A DNA stretch of 64,000 nt from Anaerolineae bacterium (GTDB lineage Bacteria; Chloroflexota; Anaerolineae; B4-G1; DUEL01), in NCBI GenBank assembly GCA_016931695.1, contig JAFGEI010000004.1, forward strand, positions 1 through 64,000, written 5' to 3'. Each line of letters opens with the position of its first letter. Position 1 is the stretch's first letter. A program made the position numbers and the translations under genes. Below the pieces are notes generated by a model. The model searched no databases and was not told where the DNA came from. It worked only from the letters and a program-made list of their open reading frames with translations. This document shows, one piece after another, positions 38,403 through 48,146 of the stretch.

Positions 38403-38900
38403 ATGGGCCGCAAAACGCTGACCCTGGTGCGCCACGCCAAGTCGAGCTGGGATCACCCCGGGCTGCCGGACCGGCTCCGTCCGTTGAACCGGCGGGGGGA
38501 GCGCGATGCGCCGCGGATGGGGGAGCGGCTGGCCGCGCGCGGCGTCGAGGTGGAGCGCATCGTCACCAGCCCGGCGGCGCGGGCGACGGCGACGGCCGAG
38601 TTGGTCGCCGAAGAGATCGGTTTCCCCTGGGATGCCATCGTTGTCGACGAGCGGCTCTATCAGGCCGACGCTTTCGATATCCTGGCGGTGATCCGCGAGT
38701 TGGACGATTATCTGGATCACGTCATGCTCTTTGGCCACAATCCCGGCCTCACCGACCTGGTCAACAGCCTCTCGACGCACGTGGTCGACAACGTGCCGAC
38801 CTGTGGCGTCGTCGAGCTCGAGTACGAAATCGACGGCTGGGCGCTTGTCGGCAAGGTCGAGCCGCGCTCTTTCTTTTTCGATTATCCCAAGAAAAAATAG
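38403..38900 (+). CDS. sixA: Histidine phosphatase superfamily protein (SixA-like phosphohistidine phosphatase)
   Basis: LVRHAKS...RPLNRRG catalytic RHG motif and LFGHNPG. 165 aa. Confidence 0.8.
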   Translation: MGRKTLTLVRHAKSSWDHPGLPDRLRPLNRRGERDAPRMGERLAARGVEVERIVTSPAARATATAELVAEEIGFPWDAIVVDERLYQADAFDILAVIRELDDYLDHVMLFGHNPGLTDLVNSLSTHVVDNVPTCGVVELEYEIDGWALVGKVEPRSFFFDYPKKK

Positions 38901-39026
38901 CGCCGCGGCTCTCCTGCCGTGGTTCGCGTCCAGGCCCGCTGACGGGACGGTTATCACTGCCTCATCATTCGCAGGGGAAAAAAGTCTGTGTTATAATGTC
39001 CCCACTTTTGTTGTATGGAGAAGACG

Positions 39027-39662
39027 ATGCCTTTTGCACTTCCTTCCGCTTCGACGTTGTTGGCCCGGCTGCTGGTGCTGCTCGTCGGCATGCCCGTCCA
39101 CGAGTGGGCCCACGCCTGGTCGGCCTACCAGATGGGGGACGATACCGCCAGCCTGCAGGGACGGCTGAGCCTGAATCCACTGGCCCACCTCGACCCGATC
39201 GGCAGCATCCTGATCTTGCTGACCGGGTTCGGCTGGGCCAGGCCGGTGCCGGTGAATCCCAATCAGATGCAGCTCAATCCGCGCACGGGGATGGCGATCA
39301 GCTCGTTTGCCGGCCCCGCCTCCAACTTTCTCATCGCCATGCTGTGCGCCGTCCCCTTCCGCCTGGGCCTGCTCAGTTTGAACAGCATCGACGTCATAGG
39401 CGGGAGTTTCAACCTGGCGACGATTCTCTGGATGAGTGCCCAGGTCAGCCTGGGCCTGGCGTTGTTCAACCTGCTGCCGGTCTATCCCCTTGACGGCGAA
39501 AAGGTCCTCGTCGGCCTGCTGCCGCGCGAGTGGGGCGACCGGCTGCTTGCCCTGCGCCCTTTCGGCCCCTACATTTTGATGGGGGTCATGTTCCTGGGCA
39601 TCGCCAACCTGCTGATCGGGCTGGTCTGGTCCCCGCTGTTGAGACTCTTGTTTTTGTGGTGA
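39027..39662 (+). CDS. Site-2 protease family (M50) membrane metalloprotease
   Basis: HEWAH zinc motif, [13 protein letters not shown], and multiple TM helices. Extended -10 tgTTATAAT at 38986-38996. The ATG at 39027 has a GGAGAAGACG SD; the ORF track ATG at 39015 lacks one. Confidence 0.8.
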   Translation: MPFALPSASTLLARLLVLLVGMPVHEWAHAWSAYQMGDDTASLQGRLSLNPLAHLDPIGSILILLTGFGWARPVPVNPNQMQLNPRTGMAISSFAGPASNFLIAMLCAVPFRLGLLSLNSIDVIGGSFNLATILWMSAQVSLGLALFNLLPVYPLDGEKVLVGLLPREWGDRLLALRPFGPYILMGVMFLGIANLLIGLVWSPLLRLLFLW

Positions 39663-40180
39663 ACGGGCGGGCGGGTTATCGCGTACGGCAGTTCTTTCGC
39701 GCCCTGACCGCCCCGCTGGCAGGAGAGGGCCTGGAGGAAGTGGAGCGGGTCCTGACCCCGCCCCAGCAGGCGCTCTTTCTGCGCATGTCGCGCGCCGACC
39801 GGCGGCACGCCCGGGCGGTCTGCCAGGCGCTGCAAGCCGCCGGCTGCCAGCCGCCGGAGCTGCTGGCGGCGGCGCTGCTGCACGACGCCGGCAAGAGCCT
39901 CGCCCCGCCGCCGCTCTGGGTGCGGGTGGCAGCGGTTTTGATGCAGCGCTTTGCCCCCCGCCTGTGGCGGCGAATTGGCCGCGGGGAAGCGCGAGGCTGG
40001 CGCCGGGCGCTGGTGCTGTACCAGCGCCACGCCGAGATCGGCGCCCAATGGGCGGCCCAGGTGGGGTGCTCCCCTCTCACCGTCGCCCTGATCCGCCGGC
40101 ACGAAGAACAGCTCGGATGGATCGACGGCGAGGAGGACCGTTTGCTGCACCTGCTGCAGCAGGCGGACGAGAGCTGCTGA
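39659..40180 (+). CDS. HD domain protein (HDIG-like)
   Basis: RHARAV...LLHDAGK metal-binding HD motif. The GTG at 39659 overlaps the M50 stop (GTGA). Start uncertain. Confidence 0.65.
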   Translation: MNGRAGYRVRQFFRALTAPLAGEGLEEVERVLTPPQQALFLRMSRADRRHARAVCQALQAAGCQPPELLAAALLHDAGKSLAPPPLWVRVAAVLMQRFAPRLWRRIGRGEARGWRRALVLYQRHAEIGAQWAAQVGCSPLTVALIRRHEEQLGWIDGEEDRLLHLLQQADESC

Positions 40181-40208
40181 ACTGGCAGCGAATAGGAGTG
40201 GATAGGTG

Positions 40209-41210
40209 ATGGAAGGTCAGATCACAATCGTTGGTTTGGGAGCTGTGGGCTGCTCGATCGGCCTGGCGCTGCGCGCGTACGATTCCGCCCTCGAGGTCGT
40301 CGGCTACGACGCCGACGGTGACCACGCCCGCCAGGCGGCGGCGATGGGGGCGGTGCACAAGACCGTCTCCCGCCTGCCCGCGGCGTGCAAGGAAGCGGAT
40401 ATGGTCGTCCTGTCCCTGCCCCTGCCGGTCATCCGCCGCAGCCTGGAAACCGTTGCCCCCCACCTGCCGGCGGGCTGCATCGTCACCGACACTGCCGTGC
40501 TCAAGGTGCCGGTGTTGGCTTGGGCGCGGCAGTACCTGCCTGAGCAGGCGCACTATGTCGCCGGGATGCCCATCCCCGGCCCCAAGGCAAAGGTCGAGGA
40601 ACCGCTTGCCGGGCCAGAGATGGCCCAGGCCGATCTTTTTCAGGAGGGGCTGTACTGCGTTGCTTCCACCGGGGATACGGAACCGGCGGCGGTCAAGGCG
40701 CTGCTCAATCTGGCGCAGGCAATCGGGGCGCGCCCCTATTTCCTCGATCCGCTGGAATATGACGGGCTGCAGGCAGGGACGGCAGACCTGCCGGCCTTGA
40801 TCGCGATGGCCTTTTTGAACACCATGGTCGATTCTGCCGGCTGGAGGGACCTGCGCAAAATCGCCGGCTACGATTTTGCTGCCATCACGGGGCTGGTCGC
40901 CGGCGATCCCCAGGAGCGCTACGAGGCGGCGCTGTTCAACCGCGAAAACCTGCTGCTGCGCCTGGACCTGTTCCTGCAAGAGCTGGCCCGCCTGCGCCAG
41001 TTGCTGCGCGACGGCGACCAACAGTCGCTGACCCAGGCCTATGCCCAGGCCGCCCAGGGACGGGGACGGTGGCTGCACGAGAAGGCGACCGGCGATTGGG
41101 GCGACCTGCCGGAGGTGGAGGCGGAAATTCCCAGCGCCGGCGAACAGTTCGGCCAGATGATGTTCGGCGGATTGTTCCGCCGCCGCCGCCCCCCCGAGGA
41201 CGATTCATAG
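40209..41210 (+). CDS. tyrA: Prephenate/arogenate dehydrogenase (TyrA family)
   Basis: NAD-binding ITIVGLGAVGCSIGLAL and TyrA core (HYVAGMPIPGP...GLYCVASTGD). Confidence 0.85.
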   Translation: MEGQITIVGLGAVGCSIGLALRAYDSALEVVGYDADGDHARQAAAMGAVHKTVSRLPAACKEADMVVLSLPLPVIRRSLETVAPHLPAGCIVTDTAVLKVPVLAWARQYLPEQAHYVAGMPIPGPKAKVEEPLAGPEMAQADLFQEGLYCVASTGDTEPAAVKALLNLAQAIGARPYFLDPLEYDGLQAGTADLPALIAMAFLNTMVDSAGWRDLRKIAGYDFAAITGLVAGDPQERYEAALFNRENLLLRLDLFLQELARLRQLLRDGDQQSLTQAYAQAAQGRGRWLHEKATGDWGDLPEVEAEIPSAGEQFGQMMFGGLFRRRRPPEDDS

Positions 41211-41231
41211 CACCGGCGGGCGAGGTGTGGG

Positions 41232-42440
41232 TTGAACCGGCTGTTCCGTGTCTTGATGATTGCCCCCACTTCCTTCTTCTACGACTATGGCTGTCACGTC
41301 CGTATCCTGGAGGAAGCGCGGGTGCTGCGAAAATTGGGCCATCAGGTCACCATCGTCACCTACTACCAGGGGCGCGACTTGCCCGACCTGGAGATCATCC
41401 GTACCCGGCCCGCCCCCTGGCGGGCTGATTACGAGGTCGGTTCCAGCCTGCACAAGCTGGCCTTTGACGTCTTTTTGGGCTGGCGGGTGTTTTGGGTCAT
41501 CCTGCGCCGTCGCTTTGACCTGGTCCACGCTCACCTGCACGAGGGAGCGCTGATGGGCGCCGTGCTGGGACGGCTGCGCCGGCTGCCACTGCTCTTTGAT
41601 TTCCAGGGCAGCCTGACCGGCGAGATGGTGGACCACCGTTTTTTGAACCCCGGGGGGTTGTGGTATCGCTGGGTGCGCCTGTTGGAAGAGCGCATCGACC
41701 ACCTGGCGGACGTGATCGTCACCAGCACCCACCAGGGGGCGATTCTCCTGGAGCGGACGTTTGGCTGCAACGCGTGCAACGTCCACCCGCTGCCCGATTG
41801 CGTCAACCTCGATTTCTTCCGCCCGGACGTCCTGTCACCCGAGCAGGTCAGGGCCCGCCGCGTCGCCCTGGGGCTGCCCACTGACCGGCCGGTGGTCGTC
41901 TACCTGGGCCTCCTGGCCGAGTACCAGGGCACGCCGCACCTGCTCCAGGCCGCGCGCATCCTCCGCGACCGCGGGGTCGACGCTTATTTCCTGTTGATGG
42001 GCTTTCCGGGCGTGGAAGGATACCGGCGCATGGCGAGCGAGCTGGGCATCGGCGACCGCGTCGTCTTTACTGGCAAGGTGCCCTACGAGGAGGCCCCGGC
42101 GCACCTGGCGTTGGGCGACATCGCCGTGGCCCCCAAGCTCTCGGACACCGAGGGCGCCGGTAAAATCTTGAACTATATGGCGATGGAGCTGCCGACCGTC
42201 GCTTTCGACACACCGGTCAGCCGCGAGTACATGGGTTCTTTGGGGTGCTATGCCCAGCCGCTGGGGAATGTCAACTCCCTGGCCAACGGGATTCAAGAGT
42301 GGGTGTTCCGGGCGGAACAGCGGCGCCAATTGGGGCAGTTGCTGCGCCAGCGGGCGGCGCGCCATTTTTCGTGGGACCGTACCGGGCGGCAGCTGGTCAA
42401 CATCTATCGCGAATTGTGCCGCGACTCGGAGAGGGGATGA
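41232..42440 (+). CDS. Glycosyltransferase family 4 (GT-B, group 1)
   Basis: GT4 C-terminal signature (VFTGKVPYEEAPAHLALGDIAVAPKLSDTEGAGKILNYMAMELPTVA). Confidence 0.8.
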   Translation: MNRLFRVLMIAPTSFFYDYGCHVRILEEARVLRKLGHQVTIVTYYQGRDLPDLEIIRTRPAPWRADYEVGSSLHKLAFDVFLGWRVFWVILRRRFDLVHAHLHEGALMGAVLGRLRRLPLLFDFQGSLTGEMVDHRFLNPGGLWYRWVRLLEERIDHLADVIVTSTHQGAILLERTFGCNACNVHPLPDCVNLDFFRPDVLSPEQVRARRVALGLPTDRPVVVYLGLLAEYQGTPHLLQAARILRDRGVDAYFLLMGFPGVEGYRRMASELGIGDRVVFTGKVPYEEAPAHLALGDIAVAPKLSDTEGAGKILNYMAMELPTVAFDTPVSREYMGSLGCYAQPLGNVNSLANGIQEWVFRAEQRRQLGQLLRQRAARHFSWDRTGRQLVNIYRELCRDSERG

Positions 42441-43252
42441 CAATGATCCGTCGATTGGAAGAACTGTGGCAGTATCGTGAACTGATCCGCAACCTGGTTC
42501 TGCGCGACCTCAAAGCGCGGTACAAAAACTCGTTCCTGGGCGTCGCCTGGTCCTGGCTCAATCCGCTCATGATGATGATTGTCTATACCCTCTTTTTCAC
42601 GGTCTTTTTGCGCAACGATAGCATCGAGCATTACCCTGTTTTTCTCCTCTGCGGGCTGCTGCCCTGGAACTTTTTTCACGATTCGATCATGCAGGCCACC
42701 GGCAGCATCGTCGGCAACGGGCACCTGATCAAAAAGGTCTATTTCCCGCGCGAGGCGCTGCCTATTGCCGTCGTGCTCTCGAACCTGGTCAATTTTCTGC
42801 TTGCCCTGCCGGTCTTTTTCGTCCTCGCCGTGGTCTTGGGACGGCCGCCGAACGGCTGGGCGTTGCTGCTGCCCGTCATCATTTTCCTGCAGGTGATTTT
42901 TTCCACCGGCGTGGCCTTTTTCCTGGCGACGTTGAACGTCTTTTACCGGGATACGCAGATCATCCTGGGGGTGGTCACGCTGGCCTGGTTCTTTCTCACC
43001 CCCGTTTTCTACCCCATCGAGACCGTTCCCCAGGAGGCGCACATCCTGGGGGTGGCCCTCGACGCCCGGCTCTGGCTGCGGCGCCTGAACCCGATGGCGT
43101 CGCTGATCGCTTCCTACCGCGACCTGTTGTACCGCGGCGGCCCGACCGGCTTCGACTTTTTGCTGCGCACCGCTCTGACCTCGCTGCTGGTGCTGGTGAT
43201 CGGCTACCTGGTTTTTCAACGCTTTAGCGGGCGGTTTGGAGAGGAGGTATGA
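42437..43252 (+). CDS. ABC-2 type transporter permease (Wzm/TagG-like polysaccharide export)
   Basis: Six TM helices and an ABC-2 signature (VYFPREALPIAVVLSNLVNF). ATGA overlap with the GT4 stop and GGAGAGGGG SD. The ORF track start at 42245 lies inside GT4. No cognate ATPase gene is adjacent. Confidence 0.8.
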   Translation: MTMIRRLEELWQYRELIRNLVLRDLKARYKNSFLGVAWSWLNPLMMMIVYTLFFTVFLRNDSIEHYPVFLLCGLLPWNFFHDSIMQATGSIVGNGHLIKKVYFPREALPIAVVLSNLVNFLLALPVFFVLAVVLGRPPNGWALLLPVIIFLQVIFSTGVAFFLATLNVFYRDTQIILGVVTLAWFFLTPVFYPIETVPQEAHILGVALDARLWLRRLNPMASLIASYRDLLYRGGPTGFDFLLRTALTSLLVLVIGYLVFQRFSGRFGEEV

Positions 43253-43258
43253 TGGGGG

Positions 43259-45781
43259 ATGTTTGTTCGCATCGTCGTCCTGTCTACAGTACGCCTGGTC
43301 GATGACAGAGAACCCGTCTTTGACTACCACCTGCCCGGCGAGCTGATCGGCCAGGTCGGGGTCGGCTCGCTGGTGACCGTGCCCTTTGGCGCGCGGCGGT
43401 TGTACGGCATTGTCGTCGAGCAGCCCGACGAGCCCGCCGTGGCCGAGACGCGCGCTGTGGCCTCGCTGGCGGACCCGGCGCCGGTGTTGACGCCGCTCCA
43501 AATCGCGCTGGCACACTGGATGAGCGCGGCCTACCTGGCCCCCCTATGGCGCTGCCTGACGCTGATGCTGCCGCCGGGGGTGGTCGGTTTTGTCGACGTC
43601 CAGATGGCGCTGGCAGAGGGCGGTAGCACCGAGGATGCCCGCACTGTTGCCCAAGAGCAACTGCTCACCGTGTTGGATCGGCGCGGCCCCCTGCGCGGGC
43701 GGCAGCTCGACCGGGTGCTGCCGCGCCAGGAGTGGCAGCGGGCGGCATTACAGCTGGCGCGGCGGAAGGTGGTGGTCAAGTCTTCTCTCCTGGCCCCACC
43801 CGCCGTGCGCCCGCAGCAGATCGAGACCGTCGAGTGGATCGGGCGCGGCGTCGACACGGTGGAAGCGCTGGCCGGGCTGCGCAGCGCCTGCTATCCTGCC
43901 ATCGTCGATTTTTTGCGCCGCGAGAAGGGGCCGGTCGACGTCAGTTGGGTCTATGCCCAGGCCGGCTGCCAGCGCTATCACCTGGACAAGCTGGCGGAAC
44001 GGGAGCTCGTCGTCTTTGACAGCGAACACGTCTGGCGCGACCCCCTGGCCGACGAGACCTTTGTGCCCGACACCCCCCCGCCGCTGACGACAGACCAGGC
44101 GGCGGTGTGGGAGCGGATCCGGCGAGAGATGCGGCGGGAGGGAGCGGGGGCGCCCGCTGTCTTTTTGCTGCACGGGGTGACCGGATCGGGCAAGACCGAG
44201 ATCTATTTGCGGGCTGCGGGAGAGGCGTTGGCTGAGGGGCGGCAGGCGATTGTCCTGGTGCCCGAGATCAGCCTCACCCCGCAGACGGTGCATCGCTTTG
44301 GAGCGCGCCTGGGCGGGAACATTGCCGTATTTCACAGCGCGCTCACTGCCGGCGAGCGGTACGATGCCTGGCGGCGCATCCGTGCCGGGCTGGTCGACAT
44401 CGCCGTCGGGCCTCGTTCCGCCCTCTTTGTGCCCTTCGCCAGCCTGGGCCTGATCATTTTGGACGAGGAGCACGACGCCAGCTACAAGCAAGACCATATC
44501 TCGCCCGCCTATCACGCGCGGGAAGTGGCGCTGGAGCTGGCCCGTCTCAGCGGCGCGCCGGTCATCCTTGGCTCCGCCACCCCCAGCCTCGAGTCCTACC
44601 ACCAGGCCCAGCGGGGCCGGTTTGTGCTGCTGCAGATGCCGCGCCGCATCATGGCCCACACCGGCCGGCTGCACGACCTCCAGATGCGCTACCAAGCCCC
44701 CCGCATCCAGCATCACGTCATCGGCGGCGGCCCGGTCGAGGCCCGCTACCTGCCGCTCCCCCCGGTGCAGGTGGTCGACATGCGGGCCGAGTTGCGGGCG
44801 GGGAACCGCTCGATCTTTAGCCAGGCGCTGGTGCGGGCGATGGACGAGGCGCTGCCGCGTGGCGAGCAGGTGATTCTCTTTCTCAACCGCCGCGGCACGG
44901 CGACGTTCGTCCTCTGCCGCGACTGTGGCTACGTGGCCCAATGCCCCGACTGCGGCGTGCCGCTGACCTTTCACGGCCAGCACAGCGCTATGGTCTGCCA
45001 TCACTGCGGCCGCCAGGAGCCGGTCCTCCAGCGCTGCCCCCGCTGCGGCAGCCGGCGCATCCGCCACTTTGGCCTGGGCACCGAGCGGGTGGAGCAGGAG
45101 GTCCACCGGCGCTGGGCCGACGTGCGCACCCTGCGCTGGGATCGGGACACGGCCCGCAATCACGCTGCCCACGCGGCCATCTTGCACCTGTTCAGCGCCG
45201 GCCTGGCCCACGTGCTGGTCGGGACGCAGATGATCGCCAAGGGGCTCGACCTGCCGCTGGTGACGGTGGTGGGGGTCATTTCCGCCGACACGGCGCTCAA
45301 CCTGCCGGATTTTCGTGCCGCCGAGCAGACTTTCCAGCTGCTGGAGCAGGTTGCGGGGCGGGCCGGGCGCGGGCTGCTGGGCGGACGGGTGGTGATCCAG
45401 ACCTATCACCCGGATCATTACGCCGTCCGCGCCGCCGAGGAACACGACTATGAGGGATTTGCGCGGCAGGAGATGGCCTTCCGGCGGCAGGCGGATTACC
45501 CGCCCTTTGTGCGCATGGCCCGGCTGCTCTATCTGCACCCGGAGCGAGAGCGGGCGCAGGTCGCGGCGCAAGACCTGGCCCGGCAGCTCGGCGCGGCGCT
45601 GACCCAGGCCGGGCTGCCGACGACCGACCTCATCGGGCCGGCGCCAGCCTTTTTCGCCCGCCGGCAGGGCCACTACCGCTGGCAGATCATTCTCCGCCAC
45701 GCCGACCCCGCGGCTTTTCTGCAGGCGGTCGACATCCCTGCCGGGTGGCAGATCGACGTCGATCCAGTGTCGGTGTTGTAG
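43259..45781 (+). CDS. priA: Primosomal protein N' (PriA helicase)
   Basis: Walker A LHGVTGSGKTEIYL, DEEHD box, and a zinc-binding Cys cluster CRDCGYVAQCPDCGVPLTFHGQHSAMVCHHCG...CPRCGS. Confidence 0.9.
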   Translation: MFVRIVVLSTVRLVDDREPVFDYHLPGELIGQVGVGSLVTVPFGARRLYGIVVEQPDEPAVAETRAVASLADPAPVLTPLQIALAHWMSAAYLAPLWRCLTLMLPPGVVGFVDVQMALAEGGSTEDARTVAQEQLLTVLDRRGPLRGRQLDRVLPRQEWQRAALQLARRKVVVKSSLLAPPAVRPQQIETVEWIGRGVDTVEALAGLRSACYPAIVDFLRREKGPVDVSWVYAQAGCQRYHLDKLAERELVVFDSEHVWRDPLADETFVPDTPPPLTTDQAAVWERIRREMRREGAGAPAVFLLHGVTGSGKTEIYLRAAGEALAEGRQAIVLVPEISLTPQTVHRFGARLGGNIAVFHSALTAGERYDAWRRIRAGLVDIAVGPRSALFVPFASLGLIILDEEHDASYKQDHISPAYHAREVALELARLSGAPVILGSATPSLESYHQAQRGRFVLLQMPRRIMAHTGRLHDLQMRYQAPRIQHHVIGGGPVEARYLPLPPVQVVDMRAELRAGNRSIFSQALVRAMDEALPRGEQVILFLNRRGTATFVLCRDCGYVAQCPDCGVPLTFHGQHSAMVCHHCGRQEPVLQRCPRCGSRRIRHFGLGTERVEQEVHRRWADVRTLRWDRDTARNHAAHAAILHLFSAGLAHVLVGTQMIAKGLDLPLVTVVGVISADTALNLPDFRAAEQTFQLLEQVAGRAGRGLLGGRVVIQTYHPDHYAVRAAEEHDYEGFARQEMAFRRQADYPPFVRMARLLYLHPERERAQVAAQDLARQLGAALTQAGLPTTDLIGPAPAFFARRQGHYRWQIILRHADPAAFLQAVDIPAGWQIDVDPVSVL

Positions 45782-45786
45782 CTGCC

Positions 45787-47181
45787 CTAGAACTTTTTCG
45801 CGCTGCGCTGGACGCTGAACGCGTCGGCGACCGCCGCCTTGGCCTGCGCCGGTGCCTGCTTCATCTCCTGGAACCGGGCGGCCATCTTGCTCTGTTCCTC
45901 TTCGGCCCGTTCCTGTCCCAGCAGCGCGGCATATTCCCGCAGTTGGCCCAGTTCCGCGTCCGCCCGTTGGGCTCCTTCGGCGGTGCTCTTGGCCATTGCC
46001 CGCGAGACCCCGAGGACGTTGGCCGCCTTCATCTGCTCCAGCACCCGCTCCACGACAGGAATCACCGCCCCTTCCCGCCGGTCAAAGGCCGCGTGATCCT
46101 TAAAGCGCACGGTGACCCGGTTCAGGGGAGTGGTCAGGTGGTTGCCGGCCGGCGAGCGGTAGTCCAGCGCGCCCTCGACGCTCAGCCGCGAACCGGCCGG
46201 CTGGGCGGGAAGGGTCAGCCGGATGGGCACCTGGAGCTCGATGCCGCTGGGGACGTCGCCGATCGAGACCGTGGCCTCGCCCGCGCCCTGGCGGGCAGGG
46301 TAGGCCGCGGAGAGAGGAAATAGTGCCGCGCCGGCGGGGATCTGCAGGCGAATCGTCATCTCGCGTGCCGCCAGGGCGGCGACCTCGCCGAGCTCGCCCG
46401 TCAGGTAGGCGCTGATCTGCCCGGCGTCGGTGACGTGGTAGAACCGCCCCCCGCCCTGGGTGGCGATTTCGGCCATCAAGGCCTCGTTATAGTCGCTGCC
46501 CACTCCCAGCGTCGAGACGATGACTCCCTGCTGGCGAGCCTCGAAACCCCGCTGGCCCACCATCTCCACGTCCGTCTCCCCGACGTTGGCCTGACCATCG
46601 CTGAGCAAGAGCACCAGGTTGGTCTCTTGCTTGCGGGCGGCGACCTTTTCCAGCCCCATCTCGAGCCCGCCGCAGAGGGCGGTCATTCCTCCAGCCTGCA
46701 TCTCTTGCAGCGCGCTTTCGACGACGCGGCGGCTCTGGTCGTCGATCTCGGCCGGCTCGAAAATGCAGCGCGCGTCGGAGGAGAAAATGACCAGGGAAAA
46801 GACGTCGCCGTCATGCAGGCGGCGCAGCGCATGGCGCACTGCCTCCTTGGCCTGGCCCAGCTTGGGCCCCCGCATGGACCCCGAGACGTCGAGGACGGCG
46901 GTAAAGTTGAGCGTCTGGCGTCCTGTTTCGGTAGCCGCCGTCTCTTCGGTCGGCACCTGGTTGGGGGTTCGAACCGTGACCAGCAGGTAGCGGTCGACGT
47001 TGCGGCCGCTGGGAGCAGCAACCTGGTCCAGCTCCATCTGCGCCTGGACGTAGGAGGCCGCCTGGTCGGGGGCAGGGGGCGTCTCGAAATCCAATTCCCC
47101 GCCGCAGCGGCTGCACGTCTTGACCCCGACCGGTTCGTCCTGCAGCAATCCGCAGTATTGGCAACGCATCAATCTCGGCAT
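45787..47181 (-). CDS. von Willebrand factor A domain protein with an N-terminal zinc-ribbon
   Basis: CQYCG...CSRCG zinc ribbon and MIDAS DVSGSM...T...D. Start trimmed to the ATG at 47181 with a GGGAGGG SD. Confidence 0.75.
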   Translation of the reverse strand: MPRLMRCQYCGLLQDEPVGVKTCSRCGGELDFETPPAPDQAASYVQAQMELDQVAAPSGRNVDRYLLVTVRTPNQVPTEETAATETGRQTLNFTAVLDVSGSMRGPKLGQAKEAVRHALRRLHDGDVFSLVIFSSDARCIFEPAEIDDQSRRVVESALQEMQAGGMTALCGGLEMGLEKVAARKQETNLVLLLSDGQANVGETDVEMVGQRGFEARQQGVIVSTLGVGSDYNEALMAEIATQGGGRFYHVTDAGQISAYLTGELGEVAALAAREMTIRLQIPAGAALFPLSAAYPARQGAGEATVSIGDVPSGIELQVPIRLTLPAQPAGSRLSVEGALDYRSPAGNHLTTPLNRVTVRFKDHAAFDRREGAVIPVVERVLEQMKAANVLGVSRAMAKSTAEGAQRADAELGQLREYAALLGQERAEEEQSKMAARFQEMKQAPAQAKAAVADAFSVQRSAKKF

Positions 47182-47499
47182 ATTTTCCCTCCCGGGCAAC
47201 TCCACCGGCTCGACTCGCCGGGGATGATCCTTTGTCCGTTGTCACTGCGGGGCAATCCTTACTCATTGTTTCCCCCGCCCGGTCGAGTATAGCACGGAGG
47301 GAATCGCATGTCAAAAGCAATCCGCTGCCTGGCGCGCATTGATTGCGCCAGGGGCGCGCGCCATGGTATAATACCGGCAGCTGCTCGGCCCATTGTCCCG
47401 AGTTCATTCCCGACCCTCTCTTTTCCCACCGCGGAAGAGCATCCAAGAGGATGGGCTGAGTCGCGGTTTTTAACATCTCGTTTTAAGGAGGCAATAGAT

Positions 47500-48048
47500 A
47501 TGGACTGGAGCCAACCTCAGGGTATCCTGCGGCGGGGGATGACGCTGGAAAGGGATGGGTATCGCTTTTACACCCAAATCGCCGAGCGCGCGTCCAGCGA
47601 GCGGGGGAAGGAGATGTTTCTCGATCTGGCGGCCCAGGAGGCAGAGCACCTGCACCTGCTTCTCGCCGAGTACCAGGCCCTGGAAGCAGGCCAGGGCTGG
47701 CTGTCGTACGAGGAGGCGATGGCGGTAGAGCTTGACTTTGACCCGGCAGGCCCCGACCTGCCTGGCGAGGAGCCGCCCGACCCTCTGCCCGTTTTTACCC
47801 CCGACCGCCACGTCTCGCTGGCAGGGGACATTGCCGCGCTCAAGTATGGTCTGGAAACGGAACAGATCTCCCGCGACTTTTATGCCCGAGGAGCAGAAGA
47901 GACGGACGATCCCCATGCCCGCGGCGCATACCAGTTCCTGGTTCACCAGGAGGAACGGCATTACCGGTTGCTGCAGAGCACCCATGAATATTTGAACCAG
48001 CACCAGACCTGGTGGGACGACGAAGAATACCCGTTTTTCATTGGCTGA
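47500..48048 (+). CDS. Rubrerythrin/ferritin-like diiron protein
   Basis: Two E-x-x-H motifs (QEAEHLH; QEERHYR) in a four-helix arrangement. AAGGAGG SD 7 nt upstream. ORF track start 47308 is not supported. Confidence 0.65.
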   Translation: MDWSQPQGILRRGMTLERDGYRFYTQIAERASSERGKEMFLDLAAQEAEHLHLLLAEYQALEAGQGWLSYEEAMAVELDFDPAGPDLPGEEPPDPLPVFTPDRHVSLAGDIAALKYGLETEQISRDFYARGAEETDDPHARGAYQFLVHQEERHYRLLQSTHEYLNQHQTWWDDEEYPFFIG

Positions 48049-48146
48049 GGCAGCGGCTCAACCGTCAAGCCTTGGGCGCCTGGCGCTCGCGGTGATAAAT
48101 AGCGGCTGGGCTGAACCAGTCAGCATGATGGGAGGTTCAGGGAATC

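Noticed and set aside
42245-42436. Upstream extension of the ABC-2 permease ORF
   Set aside because: It lies inside the glycosyltransferase gene in another frame. The ATGA overlap at 42437 with GGAGAGGGG is the evident start.
47308-47499. N-terminal 64-aa extension of the rubrerythrin-like ORF
   Set aside because: A strong AAGGAGG SD precedes the internal ATG at 47500, and the extension would overlap the divergent promoter region.
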